From: Candidatus Staskawiczbacteria bacterium
Lineage (GTDB): Bacteria; Patescibacteriota; Minisyncoccia; Minisyncoccales; Staskawiczbacteraceae
Reading direction: 5' to 3'
NCBI GenBank assembly: GCA_026395295.1
Contig: JAPLYZ010000010.1
Coordinates: forward strand, 5,678 to 69,677
DNA length: 64,000 nt
Positions 1 to 9,535 of the stretch are shown piece after piece. Positions within the stretch are counted from its first letter, which is position 1; the number at the start of each line of letters is the position of its first letter. Below the pieces are notes generated by a model, which saw only the letters and a list, made by a program, of their open reading frames with translations, made no database searches and had not been told where the DNA came from. The position numbers were made by a program, and so were the translations under genes.

Positions 1-71
1 CTATTGTATGCTTTAGTTGCAGATACGACGGACCGATAAGATAACGGCTTTCGAGATTGAACGAAATCTCG

Positions 72-97
72 GCCTTGCAGCAACGCAAGGCTTTTTT
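72..97 (+). terminator. Rho-independent terminator of an upstream gene
   Basis: GCCTTGC-agcaac-GCAAGGC stem followed by TTTTTT. Confidence 0.6.
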
Positions 98-263
98 CTT
101 GCAGTAAGTTCACGGCAGAATAGTTCACGTGGCGTGAAAAAACCGCATAACCGATTAAATTAGTCTGTTATGGTAGGTTAAAAAGCATTACCCTAAGCTA
201 TTCCACGAAAAAGTGGAACAGTTGCACAGGTCAAATGGAAGAAATGAAGCGTTCGGGCAAGGG

Positions 264-292
264 TTGAAAAAGTTATGCCGTCGGAGTAAAAT
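264..292 (+). promoter_or_regulatory. sigma70 promoter of xseA, probably giving a leaderless mRNA
   Basis: TTGAAA-N17-TAAAAT, ATG 6 nt downstream. Confidence 0.6.
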
Positions 293-298
293 AAACAC

Positions 299-1498
299 AT
301 GGAAGTAGATAAAAATAAAATTTATAGCATATCGGAGTTTGTGGGGCTACTCAATGCGGATTTGAAATGGATGAAGGCAAGGATTGTCGGCGAGGTGGGC
401 GAGGCAAAAGCTGGGCCAACCGGACACGTTTATTTTACTTTGAAAGACGAAAAAGATGGTTCTATGCTTAATTGCATAATGTGGGCGTCAAAATACAGGT
501 TGTTTGGAATTACTTTAGAGCCCGGGAAAAAAATTGTGGCATTCGGCAGTCCGGAAATTTACGCGCCAAACGGCAGGTTGTCTTTTATTTGCGATACAAT
601 TGAGCTGGCGGGCGAGGGTGACATAAAAAAACAATATGACGAGTTAAAGAAAAAATTGGACAAGGAAGGACTTTTTGCGCCAGAAAATAAAAGACCAATT
701 CCAAAATATCCGCGAAAAATTGGGTTGATAACCTCAAAACAAGGGGCGGTCATACACGACTTTTTAAATAACATTGGCAAGTTTGGCTTTAATATAAAAA
801 TGATTGACTCGCGAGTAGAAGGGCAGGGCGCGGTGGAAGATTTGTTATCAGCAATTCAAACATTCAGAAAAAAAGAAATTGATATTTTGGTTATTATCAG
901 GGGAGGAGGGTCAATGGAGTCTTTGATGCCTTTTAATAATGAATTATTGGTGCGCGAGGTGGCTGGGTTTCCGGTTCCTGTGCTGGTTGGAATTGGCCAC
1001 GACAAAGATGTTCCGCTGGTGGCTTTGGCCGCTGACAACAGCCAGTCTACACCAACTGCTGTGGCAAATTTGTTAAACGAATCATGGGAGCAGGCATTGC
1101 TGGTTTTAGAAAGATATGAGCGGAAAATTTTTGCCAGCTATGGACTGATTTTTGAAAAGTTTAAAAAAATTGAAAACAGCCTAAACCTTTCTTTGCAAAA
1201 ATTTCGTAATAATATAGCAAACTTAAAAACAAGAATAGAAGCTTATGCAGAAAGATATTTGTTAGGTTTTAATGCTTTGCTTTTGAGAGTGAATGAAAAA
1301 TTAAAAAATGCGGAGAAAATAATCAGCATAAATAATCCCGAACGCCAACTGGCGCTTGGGTACAGCATTGCAACAATAAAAGGAAAAATAATTAAAAAAA
1401 TTAATGATGTAAAAATTGGACAGAGTCTGGAAATAAAAATTTCTGACGGTTCAATTACATCGGAAATAAAAGAAGCTAAAACCTATGGAAAAAAATAA
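299..1498 (+). CDS. xseA: Exodeoxyribonuclease VII large subunit
   Basis: OB-fold GHVYFTLKD, GAVIHDF, RGGGS, GIGHDKD and STPTA motifs. Confidence 0.95.
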   Translation: MEVDKNKIYSISEFVGLLNADLKWMKARIVGEVGEAKAGPTGHVYFTLKDEKDGSMLNCIMWASKYRLFGITLEPGKKIVAFGSPEIYAPNGRLSFICDTIELAGEGDIKKQYDELKKKLDKEGLFAPENKRPIPKYPRKIGLITSKQGAVIHDFLNNIGKFGFNIKMIDSRVEGQGAVEDLLSAIQTFRKKEIDILVIIRGGGSMESLMPFNNELLVREVAGFPVPVLVGIGHDKDVPLVALAADNSQSTPTAVANLLNESWEQALLVLERYERKIFASYGLIFEKFKKIENSLNLSLQKFRNNIANLKTRIEAYAERYLLGFNALLLRVNEKLKNAEKIISINNPERQLALGYSIATIKGKIIKKINDVKIGQSLEIKISDGSITSEIKEAKTYGKK

Positions 1499-1688
1499 TC
1501 TTAGCGCCAATCTTAAAAAGTTGGCGGGCATAACCGAGTGGTTTGACAATCAAAATGAAATTGATGTTGAGGAGGGGCTTAATAAGGTAAAAGAAGCGGT
1601 TGTTTTAATAAAAGAGAGCAAGGAAAGATTGAAGCAGATAGAAAATGAATTTGAGGAAATAAAGAAAGAGGCTGATGAAGCAAAATAA
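1485..1688 (+). CDS. xseB: Exodeoxyribonuclease VII small subunit
   Basis: 67 aa helical protein overlapping the xseA end; DVEEGL..VKEA..LIK pattern. Confidence 0.85.
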   Translation: MEKNNLSANLKKLAGITEWFDNQNEIDVEEGLNKVKEAVVLIKESKERLKQIENEFEEIKKEADEAK

Positions 1689-2985
1689 AATTTTACAAAA
1701 ATCAGGATGGCTTATTGTAATTATTTTGTCCTTTATGCCTTTGGCATTGTGGCTTTTTGAATTGCCTTTGCAATATAGATTTTCCAATTCCTCTCTGCTT
1801 TTTAGAAGCGTAGGAGATGTTGCGGGGCTCTGTGGAATGGCGATGTTTTCGTTGGTTTTGATTTTAAGCGCCCGGTTGAAATTTTTTGAAAAGTTTTTCA
1901 AAGGGATAAACGAATCATACACAGCTCATCATTTTTTTGGCGGGCTGGCTTTTTGCTTATTACTGTTTCATCCGCTGTTTCTGGCTTATAATTACTTTCG
2001 TGTTTCTTTTATGTCAGCCGCCTTATTTTTTCTCCCTGGCCCCAGTTTAGGGCAAAATTTTGGTATAATCGGGCTGGTTGTGATGATTATTACGTTGGTC
2101 ATAACCTTTTATATGAAGATTAGATATCAGATATGGAAGTTTACCCATAAATTTTTGGGTTTAGCTTTTGTTTTTGCGCTTTTGCACACTTTTTTAATTG
2201 GTGGAGACATCGCCAACAATCAGCCGTTGAAAATATATCTTTTGGGGCTGGGGATTTTAGCAATTGTTGCATATTTTTATAGAGCCATCTTTAGCAGTTT
2301 TGCGGTCAAGTTTTTTGATTATACAATTAAAAACATAAAATCATTGCAGGACAAAACATGTGAGATAGAACTTCAAGCAGTTGACAAAGAAATTAAATTT
2401 ACATCGGGGCAGTTCGGGTTTGTAAAATTTTTTAATAAAGAGCTGACAATGGAAGCACACCCGTTTTCGTTCAGTTCGGCGCCGGGGCAGCCATTAAAAA
2501 TCGCCATAAAGGAATTAGGAGATTACACTAATAAAATCAGCAGTTTAAAGGCAGGGGATAGAGCTAAGATAGAAGGGCCTTTTGGATCTTTTAATTTTAG
2601 AAATTATAAGCGCAAAAAACAGGTTTGGATAGCGGGAGGAATTGGAATTACTCCATTTTTGAGCATGATGAGGGATCTAACAAATGCCGACGATGATTAT
2701 CAGATAGATTTGTATTATTCCGCCAGAAACGCAAATTGCCTTGTTTTTAGAGGAGAAATCAGCGAAATATCTACGAGGCATAAAAATTTGAACGTTATTT
2801 TATGGGCGTCTGACGAGAGAGGTTTTTTGAATGCAAATTTAATAAAAATAGACACCTCGGACGTTGACGAGAGAGATATCTTAATTTGCGGGCCCAGCCC
2901 TATGATGTCGGCGTTAAAAGAACAATTTTTAAGCCAAGGGCTTAAAAGGAGTCAAATTCACTCAGAAGAATTTCAATTATATTAA
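1675..2985 (+). CDS. Ferric reductase-like membrane oxidoreductase (bacterial NOX-like: TM heme domain plus FAD/NAD(P)H domain)
   Basis: About 6 TM with His pairs (AHHFFG..FHP, THKFLG..LHT); HPFS, EGPFG, AGGIGITPF, CGPSPMM, terminal EEF. Confidence 0.88.
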   Translation: MKQNKILQKSGWLIVIILSFMPLALWLFELPLQYRFSNSSLLFRSVGDVAGLCGMAMFSLVLILSARLKFFEKFFKGINESYTAHHFFGGLAFCLLLFHPLFLAYNYFRVSFMSAALFFLPGPSLGQNFGIIGLVVMIITLVITFYMKIRYQIWKFTHKFLGLAFVFALLHTFLIGGDIANNQPLKIYLLGLGILAIVAYFYRAIFSSFAVKFFDYTIKNIKSLQDKTCEIELQAVDKEIKFTSGQFGFVKFFNKELTMEAHPFSFSSAPGQPLKIAIKELGDYTNKISSLKAGDRAKIEGPFGSFNFRNYKRKKQVWIAGGIGITPFLSMMRDLTNADDDYQIDLYYSARNANCLVFRGEISEISTRHKNLNVILWASDERGFLNANLIKIDTSDVDERDILICGPSPMMSALKEQFLSQGLKRSQIHSEEFQLY

Positions 2986-2998
2986 ATTACCAATAATT

Positions 2999-3370
2999 AT
3001 GGCAATAAAAAATTTAGTAACTATTTCCTTAACAATCTTTATAATCTTGATCGTTGTCGTTTTGGGGTCAGGGTTGTTGTTTAATCAAAACAAGGCGAGC
3101 ATTACGCAAACAACGCAACAAAAAATCATAAGCATCACAAAAGCAGAAGTTGCAAAACACAATTCAGCAAACGATTGCTGGACAATAGTAAGCAACAAGG
3201 TTTACGATGTTACAAGTTTAATACCCATACATTCGGGCGGGCCGGATAAAATAATTGCTTACTGTGGAAAAGACGCTACAACGGCGTTTAACACAAGAAA
3301 CGGCAAGGGTCCGCACTCGCAAAAAGCGCAAGATGCCCTAAATAATTATTATGTTGGAAACCTTAACTGA
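2999..3370 (+). CDS. Membrane-anchored cytochrome b5-like heme-binding protein
   Basis: EVAKHNS..DCW..V..KVYDVT...HSGG...GKDAT..F...H. Confidence 0.9.
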   Translation: MAIKNLVTISLTIFIILIVVVLGSGLLFNQNKASITQTTQQKIISITKAEVAKHNSANDCWTIVSNKVYDVTSLIPIHSGGPDKIIAYCGKDATTAFNTRNGKGPHSQKAQDALNNYYVGNLN

Positions 3371-3908
3371 TGAAAATTTAATAAAACAATATCTGAAAGG
3401 CGACGAAAAATCGCTGGAGTTTTTAATTGCAAGGTATTTGAAGCAAATCTACAATTTTGTTTATAAAAATGTCGGGGACCAGGCTGAAGCCGAGGATATA
3501 ACTCAAGAAGTTTTCGTAAAGGTTTGGAGAAATATCAAGAAGTTTGACCAAAACAAAAATTTTAAGCCTTGGATTTTCCAAATTGCTAAAAATACCTCCA
3601 TAGATTCTTTAAGAAAAAAGAAAACAACGCCCTTTTCTAGGTTTGAAAATGAAAAGGGTCAGAATTTACTGGTTGAAAATATCGTCTCAGCCCCAATGAA
3701 CTTGATAGAGAAAATCAGCGATAAAAAGTTCTTAGCAACAGTTATGCAGAATTTAACCGGCGAGGAACAAAAAATCATGAATATGCGTCACATAGACGGT
3801 TTAAGCTTCAAAGAAATTGCAGATATATTTAAGGAGCCGATAAATACCGTTAAAAGCCGGCACAGAAGAATTTTGTTAAAACTGAAGAAAAGTATTGAAA
3901 ATAGGTAA
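3351..3908 (+). CDS. ECF-family RNA polymerase sigma factor
   Basis: AEDITQEVFVKVW, FKPWIFQIAKN, region 4 SFKEIA....INTVKSR. Confidence 0.92.
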   Translation: MLETLTDENLIKQYLKGDEKSLEFLIARYLKQIYNFVYKNVGDQAEAEDITQEVFVKVWRNIKKFDQNKNFKPWIFQIAKNTSIDSLRKKKTTPFSRFENEKGQNLLVENIVSAPMNLIEKISDKKFLATVMQNLTGEEQKIMNMRHIDGLSFKEIADIFKEPINTVKSRHRRILLKLKKSIENR

Positions 3909-3950
3909 GCACCAAAATACTGTAATAAAACGTATAATTAATAGATTCAA

Positions 3951-4337
3951 ATGAACAACTCTAACATAGAACCGCCAATAGGATTATTGGAAAAAATTTT
4001 AAAACGCATTCACAGAGAAGAGCGAATTTTGGTTATAAGGAGGGTTATCATTTTTTCCATTTTATTGATCGGGTCGTTATTGGGATTTATTCCATCTTTA
4101 AGAATGCTTGTTTCTGATTTTAATCAGTCGGGTTTTTCCAGCTTTTTCTCCCTTGTATTTTCTGATTTTTCATTGGTATCGGCGTATTGGAAAAATTTTA
4201 TGATAATACTCTTAGAAACCCTGCCGGCCGCCAGTTTGGCGCTTTTCTTAGCAGTTCTGCTTATAATTTTAGAATCTATAAAACTTATTGCGAAAGACGT
4301 TAAAATTATTAAAAGCCATCATTTAATGGCGAATTAA
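3951..4337 (+). CDS. Membrane protein, possible anti-sigma factor
   Basis: Directly after the ECF sigma; short N-terminal EPPIGLLEKIL segment then TM helices. Confidence 0.55.
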   Translation: MNNSNIEPPIGLLEKILKRIHREERILVIRRVIIFSILLIGSLLGFIPSLRMLVSDFNQSGFSSFFSLVFSDFSLVSAYWKNFMIILLETLPAASLALFLAVLLIILESIKLIAKDVKIIKSHHLMAN

Positions 4338-4338
4338 A

Positions 4339-4818
4339 ATGGATACAGATAAAATTTTTCAATCAAAATTTTTTAGATGGATTATTCCAGGGGTAGCCGG
4401 AATAATAATATTGATTTTTGTTTTTAGTCTAGGAGTTTTTGTTGGCGCAAAAAAGGCGGACTTTTCTTTTCAATGGGCAGATGAGTATCATCGTAATTTT
4501 GGCGGACCTCAGGGCGGATTTTTTGGAGAATTTTTGGGAACCGAGAAAGAATTCGCCAACAGTAACGGCGTCTTCGGGCAGATCATAAAAGTCGGGAGCA
4601 ACGACATAACCGTCAAAGGCAGAGATAATGTTGAGAAACTTATTTTAGTAAGTCCGCAAACGCCAATTTCGTATCAGAGAAAAAGCATAAAATTATCTGA
4701 CCTAAAAATTGGCGATAATGTTGTTGTTATAGGCGAACCGGGTGATGGCGGTCAAATTCGGGCAGAGCTTATCAGGGTTATGCCTCTGCCTCCCCCTCCT
4801 GCGCCGAATAAAAAATAA
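4339..4818 (+). CDS. Membrane-anchored DUF5666-like OB-fold protein
   Basis: N-terminal TM; G.IIKV....ITVK...DLKIGDNVVVIG......IRA..IRV. Confidence 0.6.
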   Translation: MDTDKIFQSKFFRWIIPGVAGIIILIFVFSLGVFVGAKKADFSFQWADEYHRNFGGPQGGFFGEFLGTEKEFANSNGVFGQIIKVGSNDITVKGRDNVEKLILVSPQTPISYQRKSIKLSDLKIGDNVVVIGEPGDGGQIRAELIRVMPLPPPPAPNKK

Positions 4819-4826
4819 TTATTATT

Positions 4827-6569
4827 ATGATAACTTTTATCAAAAAAATAGCCGAGGTAGCCAAAAATTTTATATTTAAACATAAAATAATAAGCGCAAT
4901 AATGATTTTGTGCCTGCTGGGTGGAATTTATTGGATGTATAAATCTGCAAGCGCCAACAGCGGAGAAACTCGCTATGTTTTAGTGGCAGCTGCTAAGCAA
5001 ACAATAAGTTCTTCTGTTTCTGGAACCGGGCAAGTTTCAGCCTCGGACCAAGTGATGCTTTCTCCGGGGTCGGGAGCTTCCGGAAAAGTTGTATACTTAA
5101 ATGCTGTCTCCGGGCAAAAAGTTTCAATGGGGACTCTTTTAGTAAAATTGGATACAACAGACGCGGAAAAAACCATCAGAGACGCGCAAAGTAGCTTAGA
5201 ATCAGCGCAAATATCTTTACAAAAATTAGAGGGTCCAAGCACATTAACCACGCCCCTAAACAAACAAAATGCCCAGGACGCTTTAAACGCAGACTATGAA
5301 TCGGCGTACAATAATGTATCAAACACATTTATTGATTTGCCAAACATTATGACCGGGCTCCAGGATATTCTTTATGGTAACACCTTCAATATTTACCAGC
5401 AAAATATAGATTATTACACCTATGGAGTCTATACCTATGACGAAAATGCCATTTCGTACAAAAATAGCGCTGTGGCTTCGTATCAAACCGCAAGAACAGC
5501 TTACGATAAAAATTTTGCTGACTACAAGGCAACAAGCAGGTTTTCGAATAACGCCACCGTTGATTCAATAATCGATGAAACCTATGGAACAGTAAAAGAC
5601 ATCGCCCAGTCGATTAAGGATGTCAATAATCTTATCCAGTTTTATAAAGACAAACTTACCGAGCATAATGTAAAAACAAATTCTACTGCCGACACTCATC
5701 TTTTAAGTCTTAACACTTATTCTTCCAAAGCTAATTCCGACGCCCTCGCTCTATTAAATTCTCAAAGCGCCATTAAGTCAGACAAAAATGCGATATTAAA
5801 CTCAGATTTAGATATTGCCTCCCAGCAATTATCTCTTACAAAAGCGCAAAATACTTTGGCAGACGCCAAAGCGGCTCTTGCAAATTATTATATTTATGCG
5901 CCGTTTGACGGCGTTGTCGGGGCGGTGAGCATCCAAAAGGGTGATATAATTTCCTCGGGAACTTCGGCCATAACATTTATAACTAAAAATGAATATACTC
6001 AAATTTCATTGAGCGAGGTTGATATCACGAAGATAAAATTAGGGAACAAAGCAGTTCTCACTTTTGACGCAATAAGCGGATTAAGCATTGCCGGCAGAGT
6101 GACAGAAATTGATACGCTGGGAACCGTTAGCCAGGGAGTGGTAAATTACAACGTGAAAATAGTTTTTGACACTCAAGATGACAGAATAAAGCCGGGCATG
6201 TCTGTAAGCGCAAATGTTATTACAGAAACAAAGCAGAATGTTCTGGCAGTTCCAAACTCTGCTGTTAAGTCTAAAAGCGGAAATTATTATGTGTTAGTTT
6301 TAAATCAAAAACAGAATTTAGCCGTTCCAACAGCAAACCAAGGATTTGTCTCTGCCTTAGCCCCAACGCAAAAATCAGTGCAGGTTGGCTTAGCCGACGA
6401 CAACAACACGGAAATAGTTAGCGGACTGGCAGAAGGAGACCAGGTTGTTGTGAGAACTATCTCGTCAACCGCAATTGCTTCGAGCTCTGTTTCAACAAGC
6501 AAAACCACAAACACAGCCACGAGAAGTTTATTCGGCGCAGGAGGCGGAGGAGCGCGTCCGGGAAATTAG
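4827..6569 (+). CDS. Efflux periplasmic adaptor (MacA/HlyD family)
   Basis: N-terminal TM, long coiled coil, IYAPFDGVV, IKPGMS, VPNSAV, EIVSGL.EGD.VV. Confidence 0.88.
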   Translation: MITFIKKIAEVAKNFIFKHKIISAIMILCLLGGIYWMYKSASANSGETRYVLVAAAKQTISSSVSGTGQVSASDQVMLSPGSGASGKVVYLNAVSGQKVSMGTLLVKLDTTDAEKTIRDAQSSLESAQISLQKLEGPSTLTTPLNKQNAQDALNADYESAYNNVSNTFIDLPNIMTGLQDILYGNTFNIYQQNIDYYTYGVYTYDENAISYKNSAVASYQTARTAYDKNFADYKATSRFSNNATVDSIIDETYGTVKDIAQSIKDVNNLIQFYKDKLTEHNVKTNSTADTHLLSLNTYSSKANSDALALLNSQSAIKSDKNAILNSDLDIASQQLSLTKAQNTLADAKAALANYYIYAPFDGVVGAVSIQKGDIISSGTSAITFITKNEYTQISLSEVDITKIKLGNKAVLTFDAISGLSIAGRVTEIDTLGTVSQGVVNYNVKIVFDTQDDRIKPGMSVSANVITETKQNVLAVPNSAVKSKSGNYYVLVLNQKQNLAVPTANQGFVSALAPTQKSVQVGLADDNNTEIVSGLAEGDQVVVRTISSTAIASSSVSTSKTTNTATRSLFGAGGGGARPGN

Positions 6570-6579
6570 TTTTTAAAAA

Positions 6580-7266
6580 ATGATAGAAATTAAAAACATA
6601 GTAAAAATATATCAAACAGGAGCAGTTGGATTTCAGGCTCTTTCAGGAGTCAGTTTTAATATAAAAGACGGAGAGTTTGTTGCAATTATGGGACCTTCGG
6701 GATCGGGGAAATCAACTTTAATGCACATTTTGGGAGCCTTAGATACGCCAACAACAGGAACATACCTTTTGGACGGCAAAGATGTTTCAACATTAAACGA
6801 AGACGAATTAGCTGACATAAGAAAAAATAAAATCGGATTTGTTTTTCAGGCATTCAACCTTTTGCCCAGAGCAACTGCTTTAAGAAATGTGTCTTTACCC
6901 TTGGTTTATACCGGCGTTGAAAAAGAAAAAAGAGAAAAAAGAGCAAAAGAGTCTTTGAAAGCATCCGGACTTGATGAAGAATACTTTAACCATTTGTCCA
7001 ATCAATTGTCCGGCGGGCAAATTCAAAGAGTTGCAATTGCCAGAGCGCTTGTTAATAATCCGACCTTAATTTTAGCCGATGAGCCAACTGGGAACCTTGA
7101 TTCAAAAACAGGTGAAATTGTTTTGGAAACATTTAGAAAGCTTAACAAAGAGCATGGAAGAACAATTATTTTGATTACGCACGAGCACGATGTTGCCGAG
7201 CATGCTGACAGAATTATTCATATTAAAGACGGGCTTATTGTGAGCGACACCAAAAAAAGACAATGA
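6580..7266 (+). CDS. ABC transporter ATP-binding protein (MacB/LolD-like)
   Basis: [29 protein letters not shown]. Confidence 0.95.
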   Translation: MIEIKNIVKIYQTGAVGFQALSGVSFNIKDGEFVAIMGPSGSGKSTLMHILGALDTPTTGTYLLDGKDVSTLNEDELADIRKNKIGFVFQAFNLLPRATALRNVSLPLVYTGVEKEKREKRAKESLKASGLDEEYFNHLSNQLSGGQIQRVAIARALVNNPTLILADEPTGNLDSKTGEIVLETFRKLNKEHGRTIILITHEHDVAEHADRIIHIKDGLIVSDTKKRQ

Positions 7267-8495
7267 AACTTTCAGACACCATAGAAGAAACATTTTTAGC
7301 ATTGTCATCAAACAAAGCCAGAACAGGGCTTACGATTTTAGGCATTGTTATTGGAATAAGCTCGGTGATTGTTATGGTGTCTGTTGGGCAAGGGGCAACA
7401 AGCTCAATTCAGGCAAGCATAGAATCAACCGGATCAAATCTTTTAATGATAACACCCGGGGCGTTGAGAACCTTTGGAGCTGGAGCGCGTTCAGCCGGAG
7501 GAACGGCTCAATCGCTTACTGTTGATGACGCCACAGCCATTGTGAACCAGGTATCATCTGTGCAATATATGACTCCGGAAGTTACAGGGCGCTATCAAGT
7601 GGTTTACAAAGGAAATAACTCAAACACCTCTGTTATGGGGACCAGTGATACTTATCCTCAGGTTAGAAATTTAAGCGTTGATCAGGGAGTTTTTATAACC
7701 TCGCAAGATGTAGACAATGTGTCAAAAATTGCTGTAATTGGTCCGACGGTTGTTACAGATTTATTTGGGACAGATGCGGTGGCAAGTGACGCAATAGGCC
7801 AAACAATAAAAATTAATAAAATGGAATTCAAAGTGGTTGGGGTTACTAAAGCAAAAGGAGGAAGCGGATTTCAAAACCAAGACGACAGAATTTATATTCC
7901 TTACACTGTCTCACAAAGATATTTTACCGGCAACAAATATTTGTCGGAAATTGATTTGCAAATTAGCAGCCCAGACTTAATGACATCGGCGCAAAACGAT
8001 GTTACCAGTTTGTTGCTGTCGCGCCACAACATTGCAGATTCTACGAGCGCTGATTTTACAGTGCAAAACCAGGCAGATATTTTATCGAGCATTTCAAGCG
8101 TAAGTCAGACACTGACAATTTTGCTTGGAGCAATTGCCGGAATTTCTTTGTTGGTGGGCGGAATTGGCATTATGAATATGATGCTTACCACCGTAACCGA
8201 AAGAACAAGGGAAATTGGCCTAAGAAAAGCCATTGGAGCCAAAGCCAAAGATATTACATTTCAATTTTTAACCGAAGCGGTTGTTCTTACATTTTCCGGC
8301 GGAGTAATCGGAGTTTTTTTGGGCTGGATAATTTCTTGGGGTATAAAATACTTTAATCTTTATCAAACGCAGGTGTCGCTGTTTTCGGTAATTCTGGCTG
8401 TTGCTGTTTCTGCGGCTATCGGAATTGTCTTCGGATATTACCCCGCTAAAAGAGCAGCCAAATTAAATCCAATAGAAGCATTAAGATACGAGTAA
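7263..8495 (+). CDS. MacB/FtsX-family ABC permease
   Basis: LTILGIVIG, GGIGIMNMML..VTERTREIGLRKAIGA, PAKRAAKLNPIEALRYE. Confidence 0.93.
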   Translation: MKLSDTIEETFLALSSNKARTGLTILGIVIGISSVIVMVSVGQGATSSIQASIESTGSNLLMITPGALRTFGAGARSAGGTAQSLTVDDATAIVNQVSSVQYMTPEVTGRYQVVYKGNNSNTSVMGTSDTYPQVRNLSVDQGVFITSQDVDNVSKIAVIGPTVVTDLFGTDAVASDAIGQTIKINKMEFKVVGVTKAKGGSGFQNQDDRIYIPYTVSQRYFTGNKYLSEIDLQISSPDLMTSAQNDVTSLLLSRHNIADSTSADFTVQNQADILSSISSVSQTLTILLGAIAGISLLVGGIGIMNMMLTTVTERTREIGLRKAIGAKAKDITFQFLTEAVVLTFSGGVIGVFLGWIISWGIKYFNLYQTQVSLFSVILAVAVSAAIGIVFGYYPAKRAAKLNPIEALRYE

Positions 8496-8526
8496 AAAAA
8501 TAACAAAAAATTAAATCAAAAAACTT

Positions 8527-8952
8527 ATGAATAAAAAAACTTTATTAATTATAAAAATTGTTGTATTATTGGTTGTAGCAGGTGGAGCTTTTTATGGCGG
8601 AATTCTTTACAGTAAATTATCAGTAGTTTATAATGGAAATCAAAAATCATCTGCGTTCGCCGGTGGAAATTTTCAAGGAGCAAGGGGAAACAGGACAGGC
8701 AACGGCGGTAATTTTATTTCAGGAAGCATTATTGCAAAAGATGCAACCAGTATTACCTTGCAATTGCCGGGCAATGCAGGTTCAAAAATCATTTTTTATT
8801 CAGCAACAACTCAAATCAGCAAAATGGCAACAGGCACCGCAGACGACCTTGCCACAGGAACTGCAGTAAGCGTTAATGGCGCAACAAATTCCGATGGAAG
8901 CGTTACTGCCCAGTCAATTCAAATCCGCCCAATTAATGGAATTAAAAATTAA
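8527..8952 (+). CDS. DUF5666-like membrane-anchored protein
   Basis: N-terminal TM; G.IIAKD..SIT...DL.TG..VSV.G.TNSDGSVTA.SIQI. Confidence 0.6.
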   Translation: MNKKTLLIIKIVVLLVVAGGAFYGGILYSKLSVVYNGNQKSSAFAGGNFQGARGNRTGNGGNFISGSIIAKDATSITLQLPGNAGSKIIFYSATTQISKMATGTADDLATGTAVSVNGATNSDGSVTAQSIQIRPINGIKN

Positions 8953-8965
8953 GAATAAAGAAAAC

Positions 8966-9445
8966 ATGAATAAGACACCGGTGATAGTTTTAAGTGTAGT
9001 AGTTTTATTATTAATAATTGGCATAGGTTATGTTTTCTATTTTGCCTCAACGCAAGGACAACAAAACACTGCCCAAAATAATATGAGTCAAAATAATAAT
9101 CCAAACAGTTTTGAAATACAAGGAATGAAGGTTGAAATTTTAAAACAGGGGACTGGCAACCCTGCAAAAGCAGGCGACAATGTTACTGTAAATTACACCG
9201 GCACTTTGCAGGATGGCACAAAATTTGATTCAAGCCTTAACCCGGGCAGAACGCCGTTTCAATTTGTTTTAGGCCAAAACAGGGTTATCCAAGGTTGGGA
9301 ACTGGGAGTTGCGGGAATGAAAGTTGGCGAGAAAAGAAAGCTTACAATTCCGCCAGAACTGGCTTATGGCCCAGCAGGAGCAGGAGGCTTAATTGGTCCA
9401 AACGCCACCTTAAATTTTGAAGTTGACCTGTTAGCCATAAATTAA
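8966..9445 (+). CDS. FKBP-type peptidyl-prolyl isomerase with N-terminal anchor
   Basis: VNYTGTL.DGTKFDSS, VIQGWELG..GMKVGEKRKL.IPPELAYG; start moved to MNKTP. Confidence 0.93.
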   Translation: MNKTPVIVLSVVVLLLIIGIGYVFYFASTQGQQNTAQNNMSQNNNPNSFEIQGMKVEILKQGTGNPAKAGDNVTVNYTGTLQDGTKFDSSLNPGRTPFQFVLGQNRVIQGWELGVAGMKVGEKRKLTIPPELAYGPAGAGGLIGPNATLNFEVDLLAIN

Positions 9446-9456
9446 AAATTTTATTA

Positions 9457-9501
9457 CACATAAAAAGCGTCCTGAGCTTGTCGAAGGGCGCTTTTTATGT
9501 G
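9457..9501. terminator. Bidirectional terminator-like hairpin with a family-A palindrome as its head
   Basis: CACATAAAAAGCG-tcctgagcttgtcgaaggg-CGCTTTTTATGTG between convergent genes. Confidence 0.7.
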
Positions 9502-9535
9502 CTTGCGCGTTGCGCGCTTAGAACATTTAGAACGT

